64,000 nucleotides of DNA, taken from the NCBI GenBank assembly GCA_023230985.1, contig JALNWH010000001.1:2397-66396 (forward strand). Reading direction: 5' to 3'. Source of the stretch: Bacillota bacterium. GTDB taxonomy: Bacteria > Bacillota > Clostridia > Lutisporales > Lutisporaceae. Below the pieces are notes generated by a model. It saw only the letters and a list, made by a program, of their open reading frames with translations. It searched no databases and was not told the origin of the DNA. The position numbers and the translations under genes were made by a program. Shown piece after piece: positions 17,699 through 27,412 of this stretch (the first letter of the stretch is position 1; each line of letters opens with the position of its first letter).

Positions 17699-20311
17699 TG
17701 TTTTATAAATAGGAGTCTCCATTTTTTCAATTACATTCAATAAAGGCTCATACTCTTCATAAAACACAATAATTATGTCTTCTCTTTCAGCTGTCTTTAT
17801 AGCCATTTCAAATGCTCTTTCTTCAATAAGTTCTATTATAATATTTGAGCTTAGTGCTCCTCCTTTTAAACATCCTGCTTTTAGAATTTCGGCTATTTCA
17901 CCATTCTTTCTCCCTCTTTTATCTTTATCTTCTTTAATATATATCTTATCAAAAGTGTTACCGCATATTTCACCAATTCTAATAGTGCTGGAATCGGAAC
18001 GGTCACCGGGAACTCCTATCACCCCTATTAATCTATTCCTCTTTAATTTATTCAAAGAATTTAAAACATTTTTATAGCCATCTATATTATGTCCGTAATC
18101 AATGATTATTTTTACTCCGTTTATATCGTATATGTTAAACCGTCCCGGATTATCTTCAAAATTAGACTGAAAAGTAGATAAACCTGCTTTTATATTAGAT
18201 ATACTGATACCTGTGGCATAAGCGGCAGAAACAGCTCCCAGAGAATTAAATATATTGTATTCTAAAATACCGCCTAAAGTAGCCGGTATATCTTTTACTT
18301 TTATAATTTTTTGTTCTTCACCTTTATGCACTAAAACAATATATTCTCCATCATAATAAAAAGCAATCCCACCTAAATCAATATGATTCAAAACATGTTT
18401 ATTATCTTTTTTAATAGAAAAAAGTATAACTTTTGATTTCACTCTATCCAAAAGATTTATACAATTCTCATCGTCAGCATTTAAAACTGCATAACCTGAC
18501 TCTTTTACCGCTTCAACAACTAAAGATTTCACATGTGCTAGATCTTCAAGAGTGTAAACACCGTCGATTCCTAAATGATCCTCTTGTATATTAGTAATAA
18601 TCCCAACATCTGCAATATCATAACCGAGGCCTTTATTAATTATACCGCCTCTTGCTGTTTCAAAGACCGCATATTCCACATTTTGATCCATAAGTATGGT
18701 TTCGGCACTGATAGGCCCGGTGTTGTCACCTTTCCTTATACATTTGTCATTTATAAAAACTCCGTCAGTGGTTGTTGTTCCGATACATTTATTCATTCTT
18801 TTTAAAATATGGTTAATCATTCTGACAGTTGTTGTCTTCCCATTTGTTCCGGTTACAGATATGACAGGTATCGTATAATCTTTATTTTTAGGGCAAAGAT
18901 GGCTTATTATCTCTCTTGCTACATTTCTTGATTTTCCTTCAGCCGGAAAGTGATGCATCCTTATTCCGGGAGCTGCATTAATCTCAATTATTGCACCTCC
19001 TGTTTCAATAAGAGGCTTGCTTATATCAGGTATAGTAATATCAACTCCTGCTATATCCAATCCGACAATCTTTGCTGCCTTAACTGCATAGGCTGCACTA
19101 TCAGAATGAACCTTTTCTGTAACATCTATTGCGATTCCGCCGGTACTGAGGTTATCGTTCTCTCTTAGAAATATTGTCTCGTCTTTTGCAGGAACATAGT
19201 CAAGCCCTATATTTTGTTTTGCCAAATAAGCCATAACGACCTTATCTATTATAATTTTTGTTAAAGGCTTTTCATGACCTTCTCCCCTTAGCAGGTTTTT
19301 CGTATTTTCTTTTTCTATTAATTCTTTTATATTTAACTCCCCGTCTCCAACAACATGCGCAGCTATTCTCATAGATGCGGCAACCATTTTTTCTCCTACT
19401 ACTAAAAGCCTATAATGATTACCTCTAATATATTTTTCTACAAGAATTGTATCTTCATATTCTTTTGCTATTTGATAAGCTTTTAAAACTTCTTCAGGTG
19501 TTTTTAAATTTATAGATACCCCAATCCCGTGGCTTCCAAAATTTGGTTTAACTACCACCGGATATCCTAAAATCATACATTGCTTTAATAACTCTTCCTC
19601 ACTGTTTACTAACTGACCCTCCGGAACAGGTATGCCATATTCATACATCATTTTTTTTGCCAATTCTTTATCACATGCTATATCAACTGAAATACAAGAA
19701 GAATTATCGGATAACGTAGCTTCAAGTCTTCTGCTGTTTTTACCATATCCAAGTTGTATTAAACTGCCACTGCCTATCCTTATAATTGGTATTCCACGCT
19801 TTTCTGCCTCCAACTTTAACATTGATGTACTTATTCCTAAATCTGTTTTTATACAATTCCTCTTTAATCTGCTTAACTCTTCGACTAAATTAAAATCCGG
19901 GTGTTTAATTAAACTGCATACAAGTTTAATCGCAAGCTTTCCGGCACCTAGTCCTGCATATTCATTAATATAGGAATATACAATACAATATTCTTTTTCA
20001 CTTTCTCCACTCATTGTTTTACCAAAAACAACATTATACCCCAAAATGTTTTGCAGCTCTATTGCCACATGTTCTATCACATGGGCAAAATAGGTACCTT
20101 CTTCCAGTCTTTCTATGAATCCTCCTTCATAACCTCTTGAGCATTTATGGTTATATAAACCGGGCAATAATTTTATCAAATTATCGTTAAATCCTTCTAT
20201 TTTATTTGTTGAAATATCATATAATTCACCTAAATCAATATTTATTTTTACTACCGGCTTATGACTATATATATTTCTACCTCGATAAGCGTAGCAACTA
20301 AGAATTTTCAA
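17681..20311 (-). CDS. cphA: Cyanophycin synthetase
   Basis: The 876-aa protein starts MKILS...YRGRNIYS. It has a central ATP-grasp region and a C-terminal Mur-ligase-like region with the P-loop VTGTNGKTTT. Confidence 0.9.
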   Translation of the reverse strand: MKILSCYAYRGRNIYSHKPVVKINIDLGELYDISTNKIEGFNDNLIKLLPGLYNHKCSRGYEGGFIERLEEGTYFAHVIEHVAIELQNILGYNVVFGKTMSGESEKEYCIVYSYINEYAGLGAGKLAIKLVCSLIKHPDFNLVEELSRLKRNCIKTDLGISTSMLKLEAEKRGIPIIRIGSGSLIQLGYGKNSRRLEATLSDNSSCISVDIACDKELAKKMMYEYGIPVPEGQLVNSEEELLKQCMILGYPVVVKPNFGSHGIGVSINLKTPEEVLKAYQIAKEYEDTILVEKYIRGNHYRLLVVGEKMVAASMRIAAHVVGDGELNIKELIEKENTKNLLRGEGHEKPLTKIIIDKVVMAYLAKQNIGLDYVPAKDETIFLRENDNLSTGGIAIDVTEKVHSDSAAYAVKAAKIVGLDIAGVDITIPDISKPLIETGGAIIEINAAPGIRMHHFPAEGKSRNVAREIISHLCPKNKDYTIPVISVTGTNGKTTTVRMINHILKRMNKCIGTTTTDGVFINDKCIRKGDNTGPISAETILMDQNVEYAVFETARGGIINKGLGYDIADVGIITNIQEDHLGIDGVYTLEDLAHVKSLVVEAVKESGYAVLNADDENCINLLDRVKSKVILFSIKKDNKHVLNHIDLGGIAFYYDGEYIVLVHKGEEQKIIKVKDIPATLGGILEYNIFNSLGAVSAAYATGISISNIKAGLSTFQSNFEDNPGRFNIYDINGVKIIIDYGHNIDGYKNVLNSLNKLKRNRLIGVIGVPGDRSDSSTIRIGEICGNTFDKIYIKEDKDKRGRKNGEIAEILKAGCLKGGALSSNIIIELIEERAFEMAIKTAEREDIIIVFYEEYEPLLNVIEKMETPIYKTGLIIA

Positions 20312-21201
20312 TTCTTTTCCTCCTCAAAGTTATCATTACCATAAAAGTTTATTTTTTTTTCTATTATTCCCTGTTTTGTATTAATATTAAACCCATAACC
20401 TTCCGGTAAAACATGAATCCTTACATTGGTTATTGCCAATGGCTCATCTTGATACTGTTCTGATATATTAGTGTATATAATATCTCTACCATCAACTACT
20501 GTAACAACACCTGTTCCCACTACTCTGAATTTCATATCCTTGTCAACTATAACAGCAGTATTTTCATCAATTCCTAAACCAATTACTGAAGGATTTTGCG
20601 CTACAGCAGCCAATAGCCTCCCAATCCTTCCTCTTTGATTAAAATGCTGATCTATAATCACACCTTGAAGCAATCCCATACCGGGTGCCATTTTTAAAGT
20701 ACACTTTCTCGGTGCATCATCGTCTTTTCCTTCTACCACCATGATTTCACTCATCATCGAAGCACCGGCACTTGTACCTGCTATAGCTTTACCATTGTTT
20801 AAACTTTTTAATATGGCATCATGTATTTTTGTACCTCCTAAAATACTTGATATTCTCAATTGATCGCCGCCAACAAAAAAAATACAATCTGTTTCCTTAA
20901 TCTTTTCCAAATTGCTGTCTTTGTTAGCTTGTTCTCTATTGTATATTTTAATACCGTATACTGACTTCACACCAAAATTCTCAAATATATTACAATATTC
21001 TTTAGCCGCATCATCCGGATTTTCTGTTGCAGTAGTAATAATTGCAATATTACTATTCTTCCCTCCTGAAATATTATGTACTATTTTTAATATTTCCAAA
21101 TCTACCTTTTTATCTTCCGCCCCACCAATAATAATTAAAGTTCCCCGTTTCTCTGCCAATATAATCCACTTCCTGTTTTTTTCATATTTATATTTTTTCA
21201 A
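20308..21201 (-). CDS. cphB: Cyanophycinase (peptidase S51)
   Basis: It reads LIIIGGAEDK..., FFVGGDQ and the catalytic serine context AGTSAGASMM. It overlaps the cphA start by 4 nt. Confidence 0.85.
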   Translation of the reverse strand: MKKYKYEKNRKWIILAEKRGTLIIIGGAEDKKVDLEILKIVHNISGGKNSNIAIITTATENPDDAAKEYCNIFENFGVKSVYGIKIYNREQANKDSNLEKIKETDCIFFVGGDQLRISSILGGTKIHDAILKSLNNGKAIAGTSAGASMMSEIMVVEGKDDDAPRKCTLKMAPGMGLLQGVIIDQHFNQRGRIGRLLAAVAQNPSVIGLGIDENTAVIVDKDMKFRVVGTGVVTVVDGRDIIYTNISEQYQDEPLAITNVRIHVLPEGYGFNINTKQGIIEKKINFYGNDNFEEEKN

Positions 21202-21264
21202 ATAATCATAATTATATACAAAGAAAAGCTTAGAATACTTTTATCGCTCACAAAAGCCTATTAT

Positions 21265-21386
21265 GTTACTGTTCATATCTTAACTATTTCTCTTAAACAG
21301 TTTATTATATTTGCTGAGATTGCTGAGTTCCAAGGCTAATAATCTACAATAAAAAACATAAATATATACAATTTCTTAACTGCAAC
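21265..21386. mobile_element. 122-bp MITE-like non-autonomous element, full-length copy A
   Basis: The left end is GTTACTGTTCA. The right end TTAACTGCAAC has reverse complement GTTGCAGTTAA, matching 8 of 11. It is flanked by the identical 8-mer CCTATTAT at 21257-21264 and 21387-21394. By hand alignment roughly four fifths of positions match 49140-49259. There is no ORF inside. Confidence 0.6.
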
Positions 21387-21478
21387 CCTATTATAGAACT
21401 AAAATTATACAAAATATTGACTAAAGACGTTATCTTATTCATAATTAATATAATTTCAATAGTAAACGGAGTGACACC

Positions 21479-22684
21479 ATGAAAAGAATAGTGTTAATCA
21501 TTTTATTTATTTTTGCTTTATCATCCTGTACTAAACTATCTGAAAAGGCCGAGCCTGTAAAAATAGAACCTAAAGATAATAGTGTCAAACTATCTAGTGA
21601 AGATGAGGTATTAGCGGGCCTAACTTTAAAAGAAAAAATAGGGCAGCTTGTGATACTTGGATTTCAAAAAGATATTTCAGAAGAAAATTTAATCAATTAT
21701 ATAAAAACAGATAAGATAAGCGGCTTTATACTATTTAACAGAAATTATAAAAATTTCAAAGAATTATATGAATTGAATAATAAATTAAAAAAACTAAATA
21801 CTGATAACCCTTTACCTTTATTTATTTCTATTGATGAAGAAGGCGGCACCGTATCTCGTCTGCCAAAGGAAGCTATTAAAATACCTGATGCCTCTTATTT
21901 TGGCAATCTTGATGATATAAATCTAACTGAAGAATCAGGAATTATTATTGGCAAACAACTTTATGCCGCCGGTATAAATCTTAACTTTGCTCCTGTTCTA
22001 GATATTTTGAGCAATAAAGAAAATAAACTGCTTGCAAAAAGATCCTACGGAAAAGATGCTAAAATAGTCTCAAGACACGGAATTGCTTTTATAAACGGGC
22101 TTGCTTCCCGAGGAATAATCTCAGCAGTCAAGCATTATCCCGGTCATGGAGATACAATTTCTGATTCTCATGAAACTCTGCCGATAATAAACATTGACTG
22201 TGATACATTAAGGATTCGAGAACTCATTCCTTTTCAAACTGCTATAAATAAAGGTATAGATGCTGTGATGATAGGTCATCTATTATTCCCAAAAATCGAT
22301 GATAAACCGGCAACGAAATCACAAGTTTTCATAAAAAATATTCTAAGAGGTGATTTAGGTTTTCATGGAATAGCTTTAACTGATGATATCGAGATGGAAG
22401 GTTTTTTAGAAAACAACCAATCAATCGAAGAAGCAGTTATTGAATCCTTTAATGCGGGTATAGACATATTTGTAATAGCCCATACCCCGGATACACAAAA
22501 TAAAGTGCTAAAGGCTTTACTCCATGCTGTTCTGGAAGGTACTATAACCCAAGAACGATTAAATGAATCTTTAAAAAGGATAATCATAATTAAGCAAAAA
22601 TACGAACTCTCTGACAGCATGAATATGAGCTATGAAGAAGCTCGTAGCCTTATAAACAATAATAATCCCGAAGCACCAAAATAG
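21479..22684 (+). CDS. Glycoside hydrolase family 3 beta-N-acetylhexosaminidase (NagZ-like) lipoprotein
   Basis: The lipobox is FALSSC. It shows GH3 N-terminal domain motifs, including KHYPGHGDTISDSHETLP and the ITDDIEM-type LTDDIEMEG. Confidence 0.85.
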   Translation: MKRIVLIILFIFALSSCTKLSEKAEPVKIEPKDNSVKLSSEDEVLAGLTLKEKIGQLVILGFQKDISEENLINYIKTDKISGFILFNRNYKNFKELYELNNKLKKLNTDNPLPLFISIDEEGGTVSRLPKEAIKIPDASYFGNLDDINLTEESGIIIGKQLYAAGINLNFAPVLDILSNKENKLLAKRSYGKDAKIVSRHGIAFINGLASRGIISAVKHYPGHGDTISDSHETLPIINIDCDTLRIRELIPFQTAINKGIDAVMIGHLLFPKIDDKPATKSQVFIKNILRGDLGFHGIALTDDIEMEGFLENNQSIEEAVIESFNAGIDIFVIAHTPDTQNKVLKALLHAVLEGTITQERLNESLKRIIIIKQKYELSDSMNMSYEEARSLINNNNPEAPK

Positions 22685-22690
22685 TTTATA

Positions 22691-23242
22691 CTATTCCTCA
22701 AAAGGTTTAGAGATATCAAAATGTCCCATAAGCGATTCCTCTGCCTTACCATCAATTAAAAATTGTACCTTATTTATTTCATCTAATTCCAGTAAGCTTT
22801 TTACTATTTGACTAATAGTAAAACCTTCTTGTAGCGAACCCCCATGCATACCTTCCCGGGCAAAATTAACATAAGCAGTTTTATTTGACACTTTGACATC
22901 TATCAGATTTGCTGTTTTCGGTATCTCGGTTTCTAAATCTTTATTATCTGTACCTTTCATCAACTCTCTAACTATGGCTTCTTCTATCGATATAATGTCA
23001 TCAATCTTTAGATTTCTTTTTTCTGCTATGAGTTTTTCTTTGCTTTCATCTCCTGTTTCAACATATAAACTGTTTGCAAAATATAAAGTTACTTCTCTTT
23101 CTGTATTTTCCGGCAATGGCTCTATTATTCCATTTTCTTTTTCATTATTTTCATTAGCATTAGGTGCCTCCTTAACTGTTCTGCAAGAAGATATACTAAA
23201 AATCAGTAGCAAAACAATAACCATAATAAATTTTTTTTTCAT
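22691..23242 (-). CDS. GerMN-domain lipoprotein
   Basis: The lipobox is FSISSC. The region ...VTLYFANS...AIVRELMKG...VKVSNKTAYVNF...IVKSLLELDEINKVQFLIDG matches the GerM-type domain pattern. It converges on nagZ with a 6-nt gap. Confidence 0.6.
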   Translation of the reverse strand: MKKKFIMVIVLLLIFSISSCRTVKEAPNANENNEKENGIIEPLPENTEREVTLYFANSLYVETGDESKEKLIAEKRNLKIDDIISIEEAIVRELMKGTDNKDLETEIPKTANLIDVKVSNKTAYVNFAREGMHGGSLQEGFTISQIVKSLLELDEINKVQFLIDGKAEESLMGHFDISKPFEE

Positions 23243-23422
23243 ATCAATAATCCTTTCATTATTTAAACTTGAAATATAAGTGCCTTCTTATTCTTTGACT
23301 TAATTGTTTAAATATAGTTCCTTTAATTACTGTTTTTATTTTACCATTTTGCTAATATTTTATCCTGTGATGCTACTTATAATTAAATCTACCAGAGCCT
23401 TATTTGTACAAAGAAAAATATT

Positions 23423-23467
23423 TAATAAAAAAGCGAGACAAGCACATGAAAATGTACTCATCTCGCT
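23423..23467 (-). terminator. Rho-independent terminator after the second Liv-type binding-protein gene
   Basis: The minus strand forms the stem AGCGAGA...TCTCGCT with an internal ACAT/ATGT pairing, followed by TTTTTTATT. Confidence 0.6.
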
Positions 23468-23512
23468 GGTCCAACTTTTTGGGGTCACTCTATAAACCGA
23501 TTTTTTTTATAA

Positions 23513-24661
23513 TTATTGTATAGGTTTTACAGTATCCATATATGTGAATTTGCCATCCTTGACCACTTTTATAACAGCATCTTTAACTGCATCACCGTTT
23601 TCATCCAAAGTAACAAATCCGGCTGAACCTTCAAAATCTTTAGTTTTTGCAATCTCATCTCTTACTGCATCATGTTCAATGCTTCCGGCTCTTTCAATAG
23701 CATCCAAAATTAATATATAAGCATCATAGCCTAAAGCAGTAACAGCAGCAGGTTCTTTATCAAATTCTTTTCTATATTCATCCAAGAAAACTTTAGATTC
23801 ATTGGTAATAGGTTGTTCAGTGGCAAAGAAAGTTGAGAATACAGCACCTTCCACTGCATCTTTACCAATATCTATAAATTCCGGAGTCTCCCAAGTGTCT
23901 CCGCCTATCATAGGTACATCTATACCTAATTGTTTAGCTTGTGAAATAAGCAATGCCGATTCAGTAAAGTTACCCGGTGCGAATATTACATCAGGATTTG
24001 AAGCCTGAATATTCGTTAATTGAGCTGTGAAATCCAAATCTCCGGTATTATAATTTGAAGTTGCAACTATACAATTATCATCACCTGTTAATTCTGTAAA
24101 TGCGTCAACAAAGAATTTTGCTAATCCTACCGAATAATCGTTGGATACCTCTTGCACTATTGCTGCTTTTCTAGCACCAAGTTTGTTATAAGCATAATTA
24201 GCCATAACTGTTCCTTGGAAAGGGTCTATAAAACAAACTCTAAAATAGTAATCATTGCTTAATGTTACAAGCGGATTTGTACATGAAGCTCCGACTGTTG
24301 GAACCCCTGCATTATTTACAATATCTCCTGCAGCCATAGATAATGAACTACCCCAACTTCCTATAATTGCTACAACTTTTTCTTTTTCTATCAATCTGGC
24401 TACAGCGCTTGCTGCCTCAACCTTATCAGACTTATTGTCAACAATAACCAATTCAACTTTCTTACCAAGTGCCTCCGGATAAAGCTTGTTAGCTAATTTA
24501 ATTCCCTCAACCTCCAAAGCTCCACCGCCTGCATTAGCTCCTGTAATAGGTTCAAATACACCTATTTTAATAATTTCTTCCTCTTCAGCAGGTTTAGCAC
24601 ATGCTGTTAAAAAGATAGTAAATATCATAATTAGAGCCAAAATCAGACTTATCTTTTTCAC
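23513..24661 (-). CDS. ABC transporter substrate-binding lipoprotein, branched-chain amino acid (LivJ/Peripla_BP_6) type, paralog 2
   Basis: The lipobox is FLTAC. The sequence IKIGVFEPITGANAGGG...DNKSDKVEAA... is typical of the family. Confidence 0.85.
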   Translation of the reverse strand: MKKISLILALIMIFTIFLTACAKPAEEEEIIKIGVFEPITGANAGGGALEVEGIKLANKLYPEALGKKVELVIVDNKSDKVEAASAVARLIEKEKVVAIIGSWGSSLSMAAGDIVNNAGVPTVGASCTNPLVTLSNDYYFRVCFIDPFQGTVMANYAYNKLGARKAAIVQEVSNDYSVGLAKFFVDAFTELTGDDNCIVATSNYNTGDLDFTAQLTNIQASNPDVIFAPGNFTESALLISQAKQLGIDVPMIGGDTWETPEFIDIGKDAVEGAVFSTFFATEQPITNESKVFLDEYRKEFDKEPAAVTALGYDAYILILDAIERAGSIEHDAVRDEIAKTKDFEGSAGFVTLDENGDAVKDAVIKVVKDGKFTYMDTVKPIQ

Positions 24662-24851
24662 TTTTTTTCCTCCTCCTCATGTTATTTAATTTCATTTTCA
24701 TAATAACATTTAAACCACAGTAATACAATATAGTAATAAACATTTTATTATATGTTCGACCTGCCCATAAGACTATATAACTTATTCTATTAAATTAACA
24801 ATCGGTTATCTATTACTCAAATACATATACTCTTAATTACTTAACAAAAAC

Positions 24852-25568
24852 TTAATGACCAAGATATGCCTTTACAATGCTATCGTCTTTACTTAATACA
24901 TCTGCGTTGCCTTCCATCACTATTTCGCCTGTTTCAAGAACATAACCCCTATCAGCAAGTTTAAGTGCAACCTTAGCATTTTGCTCTACCAGAAGGATTG
25001 TTGTCCCGCCATCGTTAATAGTTTTAATTATATCCATTATCCCTTGGACTATTATCGGAGCAAGACCCATTGATGGTTCATCTAAAAGAAGAACTTTAGG
25101 ATCAGTCATAAGAGCCCTTCCTATAGCAAGCATTTGTTGTTCTCCTCCTGAAAGGAGTCCGCCAGCCTGTTTACTTCTCTCTGCCAACACGGGAAACAAT
25201 TCAAAAACCCTCTCTATCCTTTTTCGCCTTTCAACATCATCTTTTAAAGTAAAGGACCCCATTTCAAGATTTTCCAGAACATTAAGTTCTTTAAAAATCC
25301 TACGCCCTTCAGGAACATGTATAACCCCCATCTCGACAATTTCATGAGGTGGTGCATTTGTAATATTTTTACCGTAGAATTCAACCGTTCCGCCGCATGC
25401 GGGAACTAAACTGGAAATTGTTTTTAAAGTAGTACTTTTTCCCGCACCGTTAGAACCGAGAAGGGTAACTATTTCGCCTTTATATACATCCAAGCTGATA
25501 CCTTTTAATGCATATATTTGCCCATATTTAGTTTCAAGATTTTTTAGGGAAAGAACTATTTCACTCAT
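24852..25568 (-). CDS. livF: Branched-chain amino acid ABC transporter ATP-binding protein LivF
   Basis: It has Walker A GSNGAGKST, signature LSGGEQQML and Walker B LLLDEPS, and is 238 aa. Confidence 0.9.
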   Translation of the reverse strand: MSEIVLSLKNLETKYGQIYALKGISLDVYKGEIVTLLGSNGAGKSTTLKTISSLVPACGGTVEFYGKNITNAPPHEIVEMGVIHVPEGRRIFKELNVLENLEMGSFTLKDDVERRKRIERVFELFPVLAERSKQAGGLLSGGEQQMLAIGRALMTDPKVLLLDEPSMGLAPIIVQGIMDIIKTINDGGTTILLVEQNAKVALKLADRGYVLETGEIVMEGNADVLSKDDSIVKAYLGH

Positions 25569-26341
25569 ACAGCCTTGTCCTCCTCTTTCCCCAAGTATGC
25601 TTCGATAACTCTTGGGTTATTTTGAACTTCTTGTGCAGTTCCTTCTGCAATCTTCATACCATAATCAATTACAAAAATCTTCTCGGATACCTTCATAACA
25701 AGTCCCATATCATGTTCAATTAAGAATACTGTTATTTTTAACTCATCACGAATTCTTTTTATTAACTCTACTAATTGCATTTTTTCATCATAGTTAAGAC
25801 CTGCAGCCGGCTCATCAAGCAAAAGTAATTTTGGCTGTGTAGCTAGAGCTCTTGCCCATTCCACCCTTCTTTGATCACCATAAGGTAGATTTTTTGCTAT
25901 CATATTCTTTTTATCCAGTATACCGACAAAGTCCATGCATTCAATTGCCACTTCTTTAATCCTTTTTTCCTCAGCTCTTTGGCTTGGCGGTCTAAAAACA
26001 GCTCCCGCCAATCCGGCTGAAGCCCTACAGTGCATACCGGACATAATATTCTCCATAACGGTAAGGTTTTTAAATAAACGAAGATTTTGAAAAGTTCTAG
26101 CCATCCCTAATTCAGTAATTTTATGAGGTTTCAATTTCATTACGCTTTGCCCTTGGAATAGTATATCTCCTTCTTGAGCTTTGTAAAAGCCGGTTAAACA
26201 ATTAAAAAGTGATGTTTTGCCCGCTCCATTTGGCCCAATAAGACTTTCTATGGAACCCTCCTCAATGCCAAAGCTTACTTTGTTAACCGGTACTATTCCC
26301 CCAAATCTCAGCGTTAAATCTTTAATATCTAATAAAAACAT
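25565..26341 (-). CDS. livG: Branched-chain amino acid ABC transporter ATP-binding protein LivG
   Basis: It has Walker A GPNGAGKTS, Walker B LLLDEPAAG and the LivG-type C-terminus NPRVIEAYLG. It overlaps livF by 4 nt. Confidence 0.9.
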   Translation of the reverse strand: MFLLDIKDLTLRFGGIVPVNKVSFGIEEGSIESLIGPNGAGKTSLFNCLTGFYKAQEGDILFQGQSVMKLKPHKITELGMARTFQNLRLFKNLTVMENIMSGMHCRASAGLAGAVFRPPSQRAEEKRIKEVAIECMDFVGILDKKNMIAKNLPYGDQRRVEWARALATQPKLLLLDEPAAGLNYDEKMQLVELIKRIRDELKITVFLIEHDMGLVMKVSEKIFVIDYGMKIAEGTAQEVQNNPRVIEAYLGKEEDKAV

Positions 26342-26342
26342 A

Positions 26343-27407
26343 TTAAATCACCTCATCTTTGCAAGTTTTATCTTTGACTTTAGAAGAAATAGTTCCACTT
26401 CTGTCTGGCCATAGACCTTGTGGTCGATAAATCATTAGAATTAATAATACCAAGCCAAATATCAACATCCTATATTGTCCTATACCTCTAAATACCTCAG
26501 GAAAAATAACCATAACAAAGGCACCGAGTATTACTCCCGGAATTTTCCCCATTCCACCTAACACCACTGCCAGAAGAATGTTGACTGATTGTGTAAACAA
26601 AAAGGAATCCGGGGAAATAGCAGTCATTTTTACCGCCATAAAAGAACCTGCCAAAGCACCAAAAACCGACCCCAGTACAAATGCATATAAGCGAATTGCA
26701 ACAACATTTATACCCATTGCTTCTGCAGCATCCTCATCTTCACGAATACACTTCCATGCTCTGCCTAATCTAGAATCCATTAACCTGTAGGAAACAAAAA
26801 TCGATAATATCGCCAGTGCTAAAAAAGCATAATAATAGTGATTTATCTTATATAGGTGTAACCCGAAAAAATACGGTCTGCTTATTCCTACTAAACCGGT
26901 AGCACGTCCGGTTATTGCCATATTTCTTGCGGCCAACCTAGTCATTTCGCCAAACCCTAAAGTAACTATAGCCAGATAATCACTTCTTAGCTTTAGTGTA
27001 GGAGTGCCTATTGCCAATCCGGCTAAAACCGCCATTAATGCACTAATTGGTAACGTAAGCCAAAAACTCATCCCATACTTAAGAATCAAAATTCCTGTAG
27101 TATAAGCCCCTACAGCAAAAAAAGCCGCATAGCCTAAGCTTAAAAGCCCTGCAAATCCAACTATTATATTAAGACCGAGACACATTACTACATAAAACCA
27201 TACGTTTGTCATTACTTCCATGAAATACATGCTTGATCTCATAGGTAAATAAAGCAGAACAGCTAAGGCAACAGCTAATACACTAAAACGTATTTTTATA
27301 TTATCAAACAGCTCATAAAGTCTATCAGTAATCTGAACCAAGGTATTTACTTTTTTAGCAGCTGTTTGAGTGTCTGCAGTCTGTACGCCAACCTGGTTTT
27401 CCTTCAT
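26343..27407 (-). CDS. livM: Branched-chain amino acid ABC transporter permease LivM
   Basis: The 354-aa polytopic protein contains ...GFAGLLSLGYAAFFAVGAY... and lies between livH and livG. Confidence 0.85.
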   Translation of the reverse strand: MKENQVGVQTADTQTAAKKVNTLVQITDRLYELFDNIKIRFSVLAVALAVLLYLPMRSSMYFMEVMTNVWFYVVMCLGLNIIVGFAGLLSLGYAAFFAVGAYTTGILILKYGMSFWLTLPISALMAVLAGLAIGTPTLKLRSDYLAIVTLGFGEMTRLAARNMAITGRATGLVGISRPYFFGLHLYKINHYYYAFLALAILSIFVSYRLMDSRLGRAWKCIREDEDAAEAMGINVVAIRLYAFVLGSVFGALAGSFMAVKMTAISPDSFLFTQSVNILLAVVLGGMGKIPGVILGAFVMVIFPEVFRGIGQYRMLIFGLVLLILMIYRPQGLWPDRSGTISSKVKDKTCKDEVI

Positions 27408-27412
27408 AGCCT

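Noticed and set aside
21240-21276. Possible mini-ORFs start at the conserved repeat end on the minus strand. The start position reads ATG, GTG or TTG in different copies, followed by AAC AGY.
   Set aside because: No SD lies at a workable distance, because AAGG abuts the putative start. The downstream peptides are unrelated in length and sequence, and the fourth copy has a stop there.
23304-23495. A 63-aa plus-strand ORF in the spacer upstream of the GerMN gene.
   Set aside because: It has a non-ATG start, no SD and a Phe/Leu/Ile-rich translation. It also runs through the terminator hairpin of the convergent binding-protein gene.
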